Shown here in pieces: positions 18,480 to 27,540 of a stretch of 64,000 nucleotides of DNA. Made by a program: the position numbers and the translations under genes. The first letter of the stretch is position 1, and each line of letters begins with the position of its first letter. Below the pieces are notes generated by a model. The model was not told the DNA's origin. It made no database searches and saw nothing but the letters and a program-made list of their open reading frames with translations. Origin of the DNA: an uncultured Clostridia bacterium (lineage in GTDB: Bacteria > Bacillota > Clostridia > Christensenellales > UBA1242); the NCBI GenBank assembly GCA_934754475.1, contig CAKVHV010000002.1, forward strand, positions 951-64,950, read 5' to 3'.

Positions 18480-19807
18480 TAACCATTCTCCTTGTCTGAT
18501 TTGCTTCTAAGTATAATTCTAATTGGAGTGCCTTTGAAATCAACCGCATTACGAATACAATTTTCCAAATATCTCAAATATGAAAAGTGCATAAGTTCCT
18601 TGTCATTAACAAAGACAATAAAAGTTGGTGGAGCGACGTCGGCTTGAGTCATGTAATAAATCTTGCATCTCTTTCCCTTTTGAATTGGTGGTTCGTTGAC
18701 AGCAACAGCATTAGTAATTATTTCGTTAAGCATGCTTGTGCCAATTCTAAAATTAGATTTAGCATAAACTTGTTCGACATTTTCCATAATTTTATTTAGT
18801 CTTTGACCAGTCAAAGCAGATACATAAACTGGAACAAAGTAACTCATAAATTTAAGGTCTTCATTCAAATCATCATTAAATTTATTCATCGAATATGAGT
18901 CTTTTTCAATCAAATCCCACTTGTTCATAACAACAATGCTAGGCTTTCCTTCTTCGTGAATAAATCCGGCTATACGTGTATCTTGTTCGGATAGTCCACT
19001 ACTTGCATCAACAACCAACAAAACCACATCTGCTCTACGAATAGCATCAAAAGCCCTAAGAACACTATAAAGTTCTACACTTTCGTTAGGAACAGACCTT
19101 TTTCGTCTAATTCCTGCGGTATCTATTAGCAAATATTCCTTTCCATTATAATTAAATGGTGTATCAATTGCATCTCTAGTAGTTCCGGCAACCGAACTAA
19201 CCATAACCCTATTTTCACCAAGTAATTTATTAATAATTGAACTTTTGCCAGCATTTGGCTTTCCTACAACAGCAATTTTAATCTTTTTGGCATCTTCTTC
19301 GGCAGAAATCTTAGTTTTAAAATATTTAACACATTCGTCCAAAATATCCCCAAGACCCTTGTTATTTTCCGCACTGCAAGCAAAAGGTTCGCCTAGCCCT
19401 AAGGAATAAAATTCATAAGTATTTTCAACTTGATTATTGTCTAGTTTGTTAACAACAAGCACAACTGGAACATTGTATTTTCTCAAAAAATTTGCGACAT
19501 CATAGTCTGCCGACACCAAACCTTCCTTGCCATCAACCATAAAGATAACAACATCGGCTAGTTCAACAGCAATTTCCGCTTGACGAGTTATATTATTTTG
19601 AAACTCGTCTTTGTTTTTTATATCCAAACCACCAGTATCTACAATAGAAAAAGCATAGCCACACCATTCGGCATCACCATAAATTCTATCTCGAGTAACC
19701 CCCGGCATATCTTTGACAATACTAATTCGTCTACCACAAATAGTGTTAAAAAAAGTACTTTTTCCAACATTTGGTCTACCAATCAAAGCAACTAATGGTT
19801 TTCGCAT
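18479..19807 (-). CDS. der: Ribosome-associated GTPase Der (EngA)
   Basis: Two GTPase domains (GRPNVGKST and GKPNAGKSS, DTGG and DTAG, NKLD and NKWD) plus a KH-like C-terminus. Confidence 0.95.
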   Translation of the reverse strand: MRKPLVALIGRPNVGKSTFFNTICGRRISIVKDMPGVTRDRIYGDAEWCGYAFSIVDTGGLDIKNKDEFQNNITRQAEIAVELADVVIFMVDGKEGLVSADYDVANFLRKYNVPVVLVVNKLDNNQVENTYEFYSLGLGEPFACSAENNKGLGDILDECVKYFKTKISAEEDAKKIKIAVVGKPNAGKSSIINKLLGENRVMVSSVAGTTRDAIDTPFNYNGKEYLLIDTAGIRRKRSVPNESVELYSVLRAFDAIRRADVVLLVVDASSGLSEQDTRIAGFIHEEGKPSIVVMNKWDLIEKDSYSMNKFNDDLNEDLKFMSYFVPVYVSALTGQRLNKIMENVEQVYAKSNFRIGTSMLNEIITNAVAVNEPPIQKGKRCKIYYMTQADVAPPTFIVFVNDKELMHFSYLRYLENCIRNAVDFKGTPIRIILRSKSDKENG

Positions 19808-20083
19808 CTTATTTCTCCTTATTCCTTTTTTGATAAGTATAATCTAGGAAGATTAAACAAAGTCGTCCCCACGGACACCTTGTTTTAATCTGACGAAGTT
19901 TTCAATCTATATGCCCACGATTTATCGTGGTTGTTGCTTTTTAAAGCAACGTGAGATTTGGTGCAACCTAATTTCACTTTTACACATTCCTTATCACACA
20001 TTCCTTATGATTATTGATTATATTATCGGAAGTTGTCGGCAAGCAGCCCAAAGGGATATTTGCCAGCAACTGATGTTTATTCA

Positions 20084-20166
20084 ATCTATGTAACCACGAT
20101 TTATCGTGGTGTTTGCGATAGCAAATTGTTTTGTGAATGTAATGAACAAAGCAATATCACATAGAT
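20084..20166 (+). ncRNA. Candidate structured RNA module, family C type B
   Basis: Closing stem atctatgt/acatagat encloses three hairpins: CCACGA..TCGTGG, TTTGC-gata-GCAAA and TTGTTTTGT-N11-ACAAAGCAA (one G.U). Confidence 0.45.
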
Positions 20167-20234
20167 TATAATCTAGGAAGATTAAACAAAGTCGTCCCCA
20201 CAGGACACCTTGTTTTAATCTGACGACGTTTTCA

Positions 20235-20319
20235 ATCTATATGTCCACGATTTATCGTGGTTGTTGCTTTTTAAAGCAACGTGAAATTTGGTGCAACCTA
20301 ATTTCACTAACATATAGAT
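20235..20319 (+). ncRNA. Candidate structured RNA module, family C type A
   Basis: Closing stem atctatatg/catatagat encloses three hairpins: CCACGA..TCGTGG, GTTGCTTT-tt-AAAGCAAC and GTGAAATT-N11-AATTTCAC. Confidence 0.45.
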
Positions 20320-20423
20320 TATAACATATGTGCAAAAAAAACAATACTTTTTTTGAAAACAAATTCAATTAAATTTATAATATCTATATCAAAACAAAAA
20401 AATCGGCAAAAAATGCCGACTGA

Positions 20424-21527
20424 TTATTTTTTCTGACTAACATTTTTATTCTTTAGATTTTTGTAAAAAACAAAGAAAGTAGATACACAAACACCCGCTG
20501 AGAGAATTATTACAACAGAAATTGCAAACAATTCACTTTTGTTGTTTTCTTTTGATTCCAAAGCCTTGTTTATAACCTTGTTTTCTTTGTCTTCGACACC
20601 ATTAATTGTTAATTCCCCACTTGTGTTATTTACTGTCGTGTTATAAAGCGATGTTGTAATAACATCAGACAATTCCTTCATGCTATCCAAAAGCAAATCT
20701 TTTTCACACAAGTGTGAACCCATTTCAAATAGTATCGCCTTGCTACTGAGTTCTTGGTTATAATGTCCCCTTGCATAATAAATATCTGTAAAGAGCCAAG
20801 GATAAAGTTCATTTCCGACAGTCATAAGATATGTAGCAAATTCTTCGTTAAGTTTCATGTTTGGGTTTGCTTTCCCTACAACTATTCGAACTCTTCCACG
20901 TTCTTTGCCGTCAATGTTTGTTACATAGTATTTTCTACTTGCACCATCTCTATGTATATCAAAAATCGCATCGGGACTATATTGGGAAATCAAATTTTTG
21001 GCGGTTTTGACACTACGTGAATATGCTTGAGTATCATGTGGAATATGCAAAGTGTCATTAAGATAAACATCAATCATATTTTTTTCCAACTCACTTTTGA
21101 GTGCCAACGCAACATCCTTTATGCCACCATTTCCATAAACACTATCCACACCATCAGTTGGAACATAACTTTCGTCATTATGAGTCATGTACATGCAGAT
21201 AGTTCGCTTTTCAACTTTGATAGGTGCTGGAAGATAAGATTTTTCAATTTTGGGCTTTTCTACATCTCTTACAAATTTTGCAATTCCCTTGTGACTATCT
21301 TTATCAAGATAAATGATTTCGTAATACTTAAAGTCGTTAGACATATAACTATCACCAATTTCAACTTCATCTCTTTCAAATAACAAGTTGAAATTTTCAT
21401 CATAGATTGAGTAAATTGGCATATCACTTTCAAAAAAATCCAAAGCATATATGTCGCTTCTCAAACTACTTAAGCACATTACAAACATTATTACTACAAG
21501 CGATAATATTACAGAAATTTTTTTCAT
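20424..21527 (-). CDS. spoIIP: Stage II sporulation protein P
   Basis: N-terminal TM anchor, then MYMTHNDESY and FDIHRDG motifs as in SpoIIP amidase/peptidase. Strong GGAG RBS before ATG 21527. A second TM helix at the C-terminus. Confidence 0.75.
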   Translation of the reverse strand: MKKISVILSLVVIMFVMCLSSLRSDIYALDFFESDMPIYSIYDENFNLLFERDEVEIGDSYMSNDFKYYEIIYLDKDSHKGIAKFVRDVEKPKIEKSYLPAPIKVEKRTICMYMTHNDESYVPTDGVDSVYGNGGIKDVALALKSELEKNMIDVYLNDTLHIPHDTQAYSRSVKTAKNLISQYSPDAIFDIHRDGASRKYYVTNIDGKERGRVRIVVGKANPNMKLNEEFATYLMTVGNELYPWLFTDIYYARGHYNQELSSKAILFEMGSHLCEKDLLLDSMKELSDVITTSLYNTTVNNTSGELTINGVEDKENKVINKALESKENNKSELFAISVVIILSAGVCVSTFFVFYKNLKNKNVSQKK

Positions 21528-22095
21528 AACAATTCTCCTTTCTAAAATTAAACAGTCTTACAAACTGATTTTGCATAAAGTTAACAAGCAAACAAATAAA
21601 CACTAAGTCGAAAAACAAATTTGTATTTACAACACAAAAAGAAAATTCAAATAACTCAAACCTTATATCAATTGCACCCATGGTAAGCAAATTTAGTATT
21701 ACAAGAAAAACACTTTCATAAGTATTCAATGTAAATATCAAAGGAAGCAAAGCAACCAAAGAAAATACTAACGAATTGTAAGAAAGCAGCAATGATGTAT
21801 CAATTGAAAGCAAACAAAAATATAAAATTGGACATAGCGATGCAACCAGTATACACTTAAGATTTAATTTAAATTTTGTCAAAGTATAAATCGCTATCAA
21901 AATCAAAAGTAACACTTGAAAATAATTAAAGTAAACTTCATGGATATTAACATACTTAACATAAAAACTAATCAATACAAAAAACGAAACAAATTTGTAT
22001 AACATCAGATTAAATTTATTTTTGATTTGAGTAACATTAAATATTAGCATTATCAAACCAACACCAGACATAATAAATGCAATTGGCATATACAT
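21466..22095 (-). CDS. Polytopic membrane protein, unknown function
   Basis: 209 aa with about six hydrophobic helices. Its 3' end overlaps the spoIIP start by 62 nt. Confidence 0.5.
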   Translation of the reverse strand: MYMPIAFIMSGVGLIMLIFNVTQIKNKFNLMLYKFVSFFVLISFYVKYVNIHEVYFNYFQVLLLILIAIYTLTKFKLNLKCILVASLCPILYFCLLSIDTSLLLSYNSLVFSLVALLPLIFTLNTYESVFLVILNLLTMGAIDIRFELFEFSFCVVNTNLFFDLVFICLLVNFMQNQFVRLFNFRKENCYEKNFCNIIACSNNVCNVLK

Positions 22096-22242
22096 TCCTT
22101 ATTTAAAAATTTTTAACTTAATTTAGTTTGATAAAAAAATAAAAAATTATGTAAAAACGTTATTTAAAATACATGTCAAAAAATGTAAAATCTTAGAATT
22201 TTTTGTAAATCATATTCATATAATCATACTAAGGAAAAATAT

Positions 22243-22608
22243 ATGGAAATATCATTTTGCAAATTAAAAAATAAAGATGTAGTTAATATTTGTGACGGCA
22301 AGAATTATGGAAATATCACAGACATAATTTTTGATACTTGTTGTGGAAGAATACTCGGAATTATTGTCCCTTGCAACAAAAGTTTTTTTCAAATTTTCAA
22401 ATCAAGCAACGATATTTTTATTCCATATAATCGCATATGCAAAATTGGAAAAGATGTCATTTTGGTTGACATAATTATGCAAACAAATTGTGAAGTTTGC
22501 AATAGTGTTATGGCATGTAATACACCACAAAATGAACAGCCACAAAACAAACCACAACAAAAATTCAATATTCAAAGTGTTCTTGATGATATAAATTTAA
22601 ATAAGTAA
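22243..22608 (+). CDS. YlmC/YmxH-family (PRC-barrel) sporulation protein with Q/P-rich tail
   Basis: LKNKDVVNICDGKNYGNITDIIFDTCCGRILGIIVP matches the YlmC/YmxH pattern. Confidence 0.7.
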   Translation: MEISFCKLKNKDVVNICDGKNYGNITDIIFDTCCGRILGIIVPCNKSFFQIFKSSNDIFIPYNRICKIGKDVILVDIIMQTNCEVCNSVMACNTPQNEQPQNKPQQKFNIQSVLDDINLNK

Positions 22609-23059
22609 TATTGTCAATATGTATTAAGTTATTGTCAACAACTATATATAATTTGCATAATATTAGTATACAAATAACAATTACAACAAAATATTAATTA
22701 AATTTATTTATTAATAAAAACACTGATATTTTTATTAATTTATCAAAATTTATAAATTAACATATTTTGATATATCAAACATTATATTAATATTACATAA
22801 TTACATTATGTATTTTTATAATATTTTTAAAATAATTATACATAGTTTAAAATCACCAAAATTGAAACAAATACTGATACAATAGTTGCAATTTTTTAAA
22901 CAATTAGTAGTCTACAATTTACACTCTAGCATAGTAAATATTTGATTTTAAATTTCTTCAATTCAAACTTAGAATTTCATCGATGTCAAAAAAAATAAGC
23001 CAAATTATTTTGACTTATTTTTTGTAATTACACTCTTCTTATTTTTTTAATTGCCCTTA

Positions 23060-23515
23060 TTATTTTTTGTTATCATACTCTTGGATGAACTCTATAAAAT
23101 GTGTTAGGTCAGCAAACTTTCTATACACACTTGCAAACCTTATATAAGATACTTCATCAATCTTTTTTAGATTCTCCATAACAAGTTCTCCAATCTTGGA
23201 ACTGTGAACTTCTTGGTCAAGAGAATTATACAAAGACTTTTCGATATTGCTAACAATCATATCTATCTGCGCCATTGACACTGGTCTTTTTTCACATGCT
23301 CTAATTATTCCACGTTTGAGTTTTTCTGCATCAAACTCTTGCCTACTCTCATCCGACTTTATAACAAGCAAAGGTGTTGTTTCAACAGTCTCATAAGTTG
23401 TAAATCTTTTTCCACACGACAAACATTCACGTCTTCGTCTAATGCTATTTGAGTCATCTGAACTTCTACTATCCAAAACCTTGCTCTCAGTATTTCCACA
23501 ATAAATACACTTCAT
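23060..23515 (-). CDS. nrdR: Transcriptional repressor NrdR
   Basis: MKCIYCGNTESKVLDSR..CLSCGKRFTTYE zinc ribbon plus an ATP-cone. 151 aa. Confidence 0.95.
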   Translation of the reverse strand: MKCIYCGNTESKVLDSRSSDDSNSIRRRRECLSCGKRFTTYETVETTPLLVIKSDESRQEFDAEKLKRGIIRACEKRPVSMAQIDMIVSNIEKSLYNSLDQEVHSSKIGELVMENLKKIDEVSYIRFASVYRKFADLTHFIEFIQEYDNKK

Positions 23516-23703
23516 TTGTAAACTCCAATAATTTATTTCAGTAATATTTTAATATATTTAAAAAAAATTTTCAAGCAAAAGATTGTATTAATTTATTTTA
23601 CAATTCTACTCAATTTTGTTAATATAATAATTAGGTAATTTAATTATTAACTAACTTGACATTAGTTAATTTAAAACTAAACACATAGGAGAAATTATAA
23701 AAA

Positions 23704-24471
23704 ATGAAAGCAGTTGTACTTGTAGCTGGATATGCTAGTAGATTATATCCACTAACACTTAATACACCGAAAGCCCTACTTACACTCAATGATGTAAGTT
23801 TGCTTGACTACCTAATTGACAAAGTAAAAGATATTGATGCTATTGACGAAGTAATTTTGGTTAGTAACCACAAATTCTATCGTAACTTCCTAGACTGGAA
23901 ACAATCATACAATGGCGATTTAAAAATTACAGTTATTGATGATGGCACTACCACTAACGAAACTAGACTTGGTGCTATCGGCGACTTTAACTACGCTGTA
24001 GAAAAACTCGGAATTGACGACGAAGTTATGCTTCTTGTAAGCGATAACTACTTCACTTTCTCGCTTAAAGACTTTTATAACTTTTATCTTGAAAAACAAT
24101 CCGATTGCATTTTAGTTACTGAATTTGAAGACCTTGAATATTTGGGCAAAAACTTTGCTTGTGTCAAACTAGATTCAAATAGACAAATCACAAGTATGGT
24201 CGAGAAGCCTGGCGGAATCCCTGACACAAATATTGGTGCTTACGCTAGTTATATCTACACAAAAGAAAGTGTTAGAATGATTAAAGAATACCTAGAGCAA
24301 GGCAACAACAAAGATGCACCAGGAAACTTCCCTTCTTGGTTATATACCAAAAAACCGGTTTTCGCTTACTCATTTGAAGGCGAATGTTATGATATTGGAA
24401 CTATTGATGTTTACAACAAACTCAATGCAAAAATGAAAAAAGAAAGAGAAAATAGCGAATTAACTAAATAA
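23704..24471 (+). CDS. Sugar-phosphate nucleotidyltransferase
   Basis: MKAVVLVAGYASRLYPLTLNTPKALL is the N-terminal signature of NTP-transferase family proteins. Confidence 0.7.
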   Translation: MKAVVLVAGYASRLYPLTLNTPKALLTLNDVSLLDYLIDKVKDIDAIDEVILVSNHKFYRNFLDWKQSYNGDLKITVIDDGTTTNETRLGAIGDFNYAVEKLGIDDEVMLLVSDNYFTFSLKDFYNFYLEKQSDCILVTEFEDLEYLGKNFACVKLDSNRQITSMVEKPGGIPDTNIGAYASYIYTKESVRMIKEYLEQGNNKDAPGNFPSWLYTKKPVFAYSFEGECYDIGTIDVYNKLNAKMKKERENSELTK

Positions 24472-24478
24472 CGAAAAA

Positions 24479-24508
24479 ATCTGTACTTGATTAAAGTACA
24501 GATTTTTT
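24479..24508. terminator. Bidirectional terminator between convergent genes
   Basis: atctgtactt-gatt-aagtacagat 10-bp stem flanked by A6 and T5. Confidence 0.65.
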
Positions 24509-24521
24509 GTTCGTATTAAAG

Positions 24522-26030
24522 TTACAAAACTTCCAAGTTTTTGCCAAATGCTTTTTTGAATTCACTTCCGCAAAGCATTGCATAACTAATTTCAAATGCC
24601 GAGTCTTCCTTGACAATAGTCTTCATAATTACACTATCCCCAAGAATATCACAACTAATATCAGTTACATTGCCAAATCCGGTTATATCCAAAGCTTCGG
24701 CAATTTTGAGAATAACAGATAGTTTTTTGACAGCCATCAAATCTTCTTCGGTTACATATTCTTTGAATCTAACCCATTCGCTTAGATTAAAGTTGTCTGA
24801 ATTTTTGCCAAGTGCGACAAAACTAGCAAGTATTATATCAGTATGATTTACTCCATAAATTTCGCTGTTTTTGATAACGTCATAAGCAATTTTATCAGCA
24901 TTTTCAACATTAATTCTATAGCCACTATTAGATAGATAACTAGCAATTCTAAGAACTTTTACATAAGGTCTTGGCAATTTGTGCAAAACTTTGAGTTGTT
25001 TAAACAAAACCATGCTAATTTCATAAACATGAAGTGAGTTATTAGGTTTTGGGTCAAAATAGTCATTCAAAACTTGCAAACTATATCCAAGTGTATCACT
25101 AATTGGTTTTTCAAGAGTTAATGGAAGTACACTGTGGAACAACATTCCATCCGTAGCACCAAGTGAACTAATAGCAAATTCTTCGTTTTCAAAACAATCA
25201 ACCACTGCCTTAATGATTGCAAGTCCGCTTGGGAAGTACTTGCTATTATTAAGCTTAAGACCTTTAATCTTTGTGGATGATGTCATATCTAGGTTTTTGA
25301 TAAGTCCATAAACCTTTTCAAGGTCAGCATTTGTTGAAACAAAGTTATGGCTCAAATCAAGCGGATATTTTTTGGCTTTTCTACATACGATTCCATAATC
25401 TTTGAAAGCATCTCCAGCACCTATAATATCAAATTCTTCGGGCAAGTCACTCTTAAATTCGCTTTCTTCAATTAATTTTTGAATTTCTGTCTTAATTGTT
25501 TCAATTTTTTCATCATAACTCAAATCACCAAGTTTATCATGAACCTTGACAGCACCATAAGGCACAACAATCTTTTTGAGAATGTTTCGTCTATTATACA
25601 AAACCAATTCCGAATTGTAATCTGAAATATTAACAATTATTCCCTTTGGTCTATTAAAACTATTGATTACCGCTGTATAAACATCGTCAATTTCGGATTC
25701 AGGTGAAAATACCTTGAAGTCAAATCCATTGCTTACAAGCAATTCATTCAAAAATCCGTTTAAATTTTTGGCTTCACTCAAAAAATCTGTCGCTACACAT
25801 ATTGTCTCAGAACATTCCAAACTTTCGATAATTCTTTTGAAAATTCCAAGTATAGAGTTGATTTCCTTTGTGACAGTTGGCTTTATGAACATATCTCCAT
25901 AAAAATCTTTTGTAAGATTAATTGGCATTTCAATTGCCTTACGATTTTGGAAATACTTATTTCTAATTACATCAACAATTTGCAATTTAACACAAGTTGT
26001 TTTAAGTTCTACTACTGCTACTCTTTCCAA
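24522..26030 (-). CDS. Ppx/GppA-family phosphatase-like protein with degenerate phosphate-binding motifs
   Basis: 502 aa. Layout and scattered similarity to Ppx/GppA (ASKHA N-half, helical/HD-like C-half). The usual DxGSNS and DxGGGSxE positions read ELKTTC and NISDYNSE. Confidence 0.5.
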   Translation of the reverse strand: MERVAVVELKTTCVKLQIVDVIRNKYFQNRKAIEMPINLTKDFYGDMFIKPTVTKEINSILGIFKRIIESLECSETICVATDFLSEAKNLNGFLNELLVSNGFDFKVFSPESEIDDVYTAVINSFNRPKGIIVNISDYNSELVLYNRRNILKKIVVPYGAVKVHDKLGDLSYDEKIETIKTEIQKLIEESEFKSDLPEEFDIIGAGDAFKDYGIVCRKAKKYPLDLSHNFVSTNADLEKVYGLIKNLDMTSSTKIKGLKLNNSKYFPSGLAIIKAVVDCFENEEFAISSLGATDGMLFHSVLPLTLEKPISDTLGYSLQVLNDYFDPKPNNSLHVYEISMVLFKQLKVLHKLPRPYVKVLRIASYLSNSGYRINVENADKIAYDVIKNSEIYGVNHTDIILASFVALGKNSDNFNLSEWVRFKEYVTEEDLMAVKKLSVILKIAEALDITGFGNVTDISCDILGDSVIMKTIVKEDSAFEISYAMLCGSEFKKAFGKNLEVL

Positions 26031-26196
26031 GACTAAACTCCTTTATTCTAGTAAAAATTATTTTGGGCATAATTTCCCATCGTCTAAATTATACCATATA
26101 ATTTTTAAATTGTACACAAAAATTTGCAAAATCAAATAAAAAATCATCCAAATAATGTGGATATTTCCCACAAAACCAGGATGACTTTCAAAATTA

Positions 26197-26379
26197 TTAT
26201 TCTTCGATTGCATTAACTGGGCAAACACCAGCACAAGTTCCACAATGAACACAAGTTTCTTGATTGATTTCTGCCTTGCCATCAACAAGAGTAATTGCTT
26301 CAACTGGACAACTTCCTACACAAGAACCACAACCAATGCAAACATCTTTGTTAACTTTCATTTTTCTCCCCTTTGCCAA
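26197..26379 (-). CDS. 2[4Fe-4S] ferredoxin
   Basis: CIGCGSCVGSCP and CVHCGTCAGVCP. 60 aa. Confidence 0.9.
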   Translation of the reverse strand: MAKGRKMKVNKDVCIGCGSCVGSCPVEAITLVDGKAEINQETCVHCGTCAGVCPVNAIEE

Positions 26380-26547
26380 AACTTGACATTTAGTAAATTT
26401 TATTAAGTTAATCTACTTAATAATGAATGTATTTTAACATAATTAATTTTTCAAATCAAGCAAAAACATATAATTACAAAAATCTAAAAACTAAACATTT
26501 TTAAAAATTATATAGATTTTAACATTCACAACATCAATTCATCCTTA

Positions 26548-26973
26548 TTATTTAATATAAATTCGAAATTTAACATTTTCAAATTTTGGCTTTTTCTTGG
26601 ACTTTTTGAGTGCAATAATTGTTTGAACTGCTTGATTTAAACCTACTAACAACAAAAATACTGCAAAGATTTTTTGAAGCAACTTATTACTAAGAATACT
26701 AGCCAAATATGAGCCGAAAACCGAAAATGCAACCCCGCTAATTATTATTGGAATTCCCACTTTGAAATCGACTAATTTATTTTTGATATGGATAATCAAA
26801 GCAACCAAAGACATCGGGATAAACACAAGCAAGTTAATTGCTTGAGCACTTTTTTGTTTGAATGACAAAAAAATCGTTAAAATTGGAATAAGCAAAGTTC
26901 CACCGCCCATTCCCATTCCACCTACAATTCCACTCACAAGCCCCGCCAGAAATAACCACAAAAATTCCATCAT
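26548..26973 (-). CDS. TSUP (TauE/SafE) transporter, C-terminal half-size subunit
   Basis: Four predicted TM helices. FLAGLVSGIVGGMGMGGGTLLIPIL motif. Confidence 0.7.
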   Translation of the reverse strand: MMEFLWLFLAGLVSGIVGGMGMGGGTLLIPILTIFLSFKQKSAQAINLLVFIPMSLVALIIHIKNKLVDFKVGIPIIISGVAFSVFGSYLASILSNKLLQKIFAVFLLLVGLNQAVQTIIALKKSKKKPKFENVKFRIYIK

Positions 26974-27413
26974 ATAAGCAATTTTATTCCCCCAGCAATA
27001 ATGATTACACTAAATATTATTCCAAGCCATAAGTTGCTAATAAATTTGAGTACTATTGCACCTATTAGACCGCCAGCAACAAAACCTGCACCTATTTTAA
27101 GTGCATTTATTATTTCCAAATTCCCACTTATCAGATAAACTATTAGACTTGCTAAACTCAAAGGCAACATAATAAGCAAAGTAGTTGCGTGGGCTTTCTT
27201 TTCGGGAAGTTTGATAATCTGCATCAAAAGTGGCACACAAATCATTCCACCACCACCGCCCCAAAATCCGTTAACAAAGCCAATTAATGCACCTGTTAGT
27301 AGTTTTACAAAGGTCGAATTGTTTGACTTATTTTCGTTTGGACTATACGAAATCTCATATTCCATTCCGCCAAACATGTCATTATGTTTGCTATTAATAG
27401 AAAAATTTTTCAT
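26970..27413 (-). CDS. TSUP (TauE/SafE) transporter, N-terminal half-size subunit
   Basis: Four predicted TM helices. LTGALIGFVNGFWGGGGGMICVPLL motif. Its stop overlaps the next start (ATGA). Confidence 0.7.
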   Translation of the reverse strand: MKNFSINSKHNDMFGGMEYEISYSPNENKSNNSTFVKLLTGALIGFVNGFWGGGGGMICVPLLMQIIKLPEKKAHATTLLIMLPLSLASLIVYLISGNLEIINALKIGAGFVAGGLIGAIVLKFISNLWLGIIFSVIIIAGGIKLLI

Positions 27414-27494
27414 AAATAAATGGTTTACATAATTATTTGATTTAATGCAAATTTTTGTAATAAAAAAATTATTTTTGCTTCATACTACTAAAAA

Positions 27495-27538
27495 TTGGAA
27501 AATAATTCCAATAAATTTGGAAAATAATTCCAATAAAT
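27495..27538. promoter_or_regulatory. Two exact tandem 22-bp units, each containing the palindrome TTGGAA-N5-TTCCAA (candidate operator)
   Basis: ttggaaaataattccaataaat occurs twice, head to tail, in the divergent intergenic region. Confidence 0.4.
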
Positions 27539-27540
27539 GA

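Larger units (their letters stand above)
19838..20325 (+). repeat. Array of three cloverleaf-type repeat modules (family C), no coding capacity
   Basis: Modules at 19905-19977 (lacking its 3' closing strand), 20084-20166 and 20235-20319. 40-nt leader hairpins at 19851-19890 and 20180-20220. The unit junction is a perfect palindrome, TAGATTATAATCTA (20162-20175). Confidence 0.9.

Noticed and set aside
19838-20325. CRISPR array, considered because of the regular repeats
   Set aside because: The units are about 155 nt of internally structured sequence with no short constant repeats alternating with unique spacers. No cas genes are present in the window.
22905-22918. 14-mer tagtagtctacaat shared with 38147-38160
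   Set aside because: In 128 kb of AT-rich two-strand sequence, many 14-mer coincidences are expected by chance. The two sites have different contexts and share no extended similarity.
22609-23059. 450-nt ORF-free, extremely AT-rich gap between the convergent ylmC-like and nrdR genes
   Set aside because: Only weak all-A/T hairpins and the nrdR terminator are visible. There are no repeats, no GC-rich island and no conserved boxes that I can support.
26058-26303. 81-aa minus-strand ORF overlapping the ferredoxin gene
   Set aside because: It shares its 5' part with the 3' part of the clearly real 2[4Fe-4S] ferredoxin gene in another frame, and it has low-complexity hydrophobic content and no RBS.
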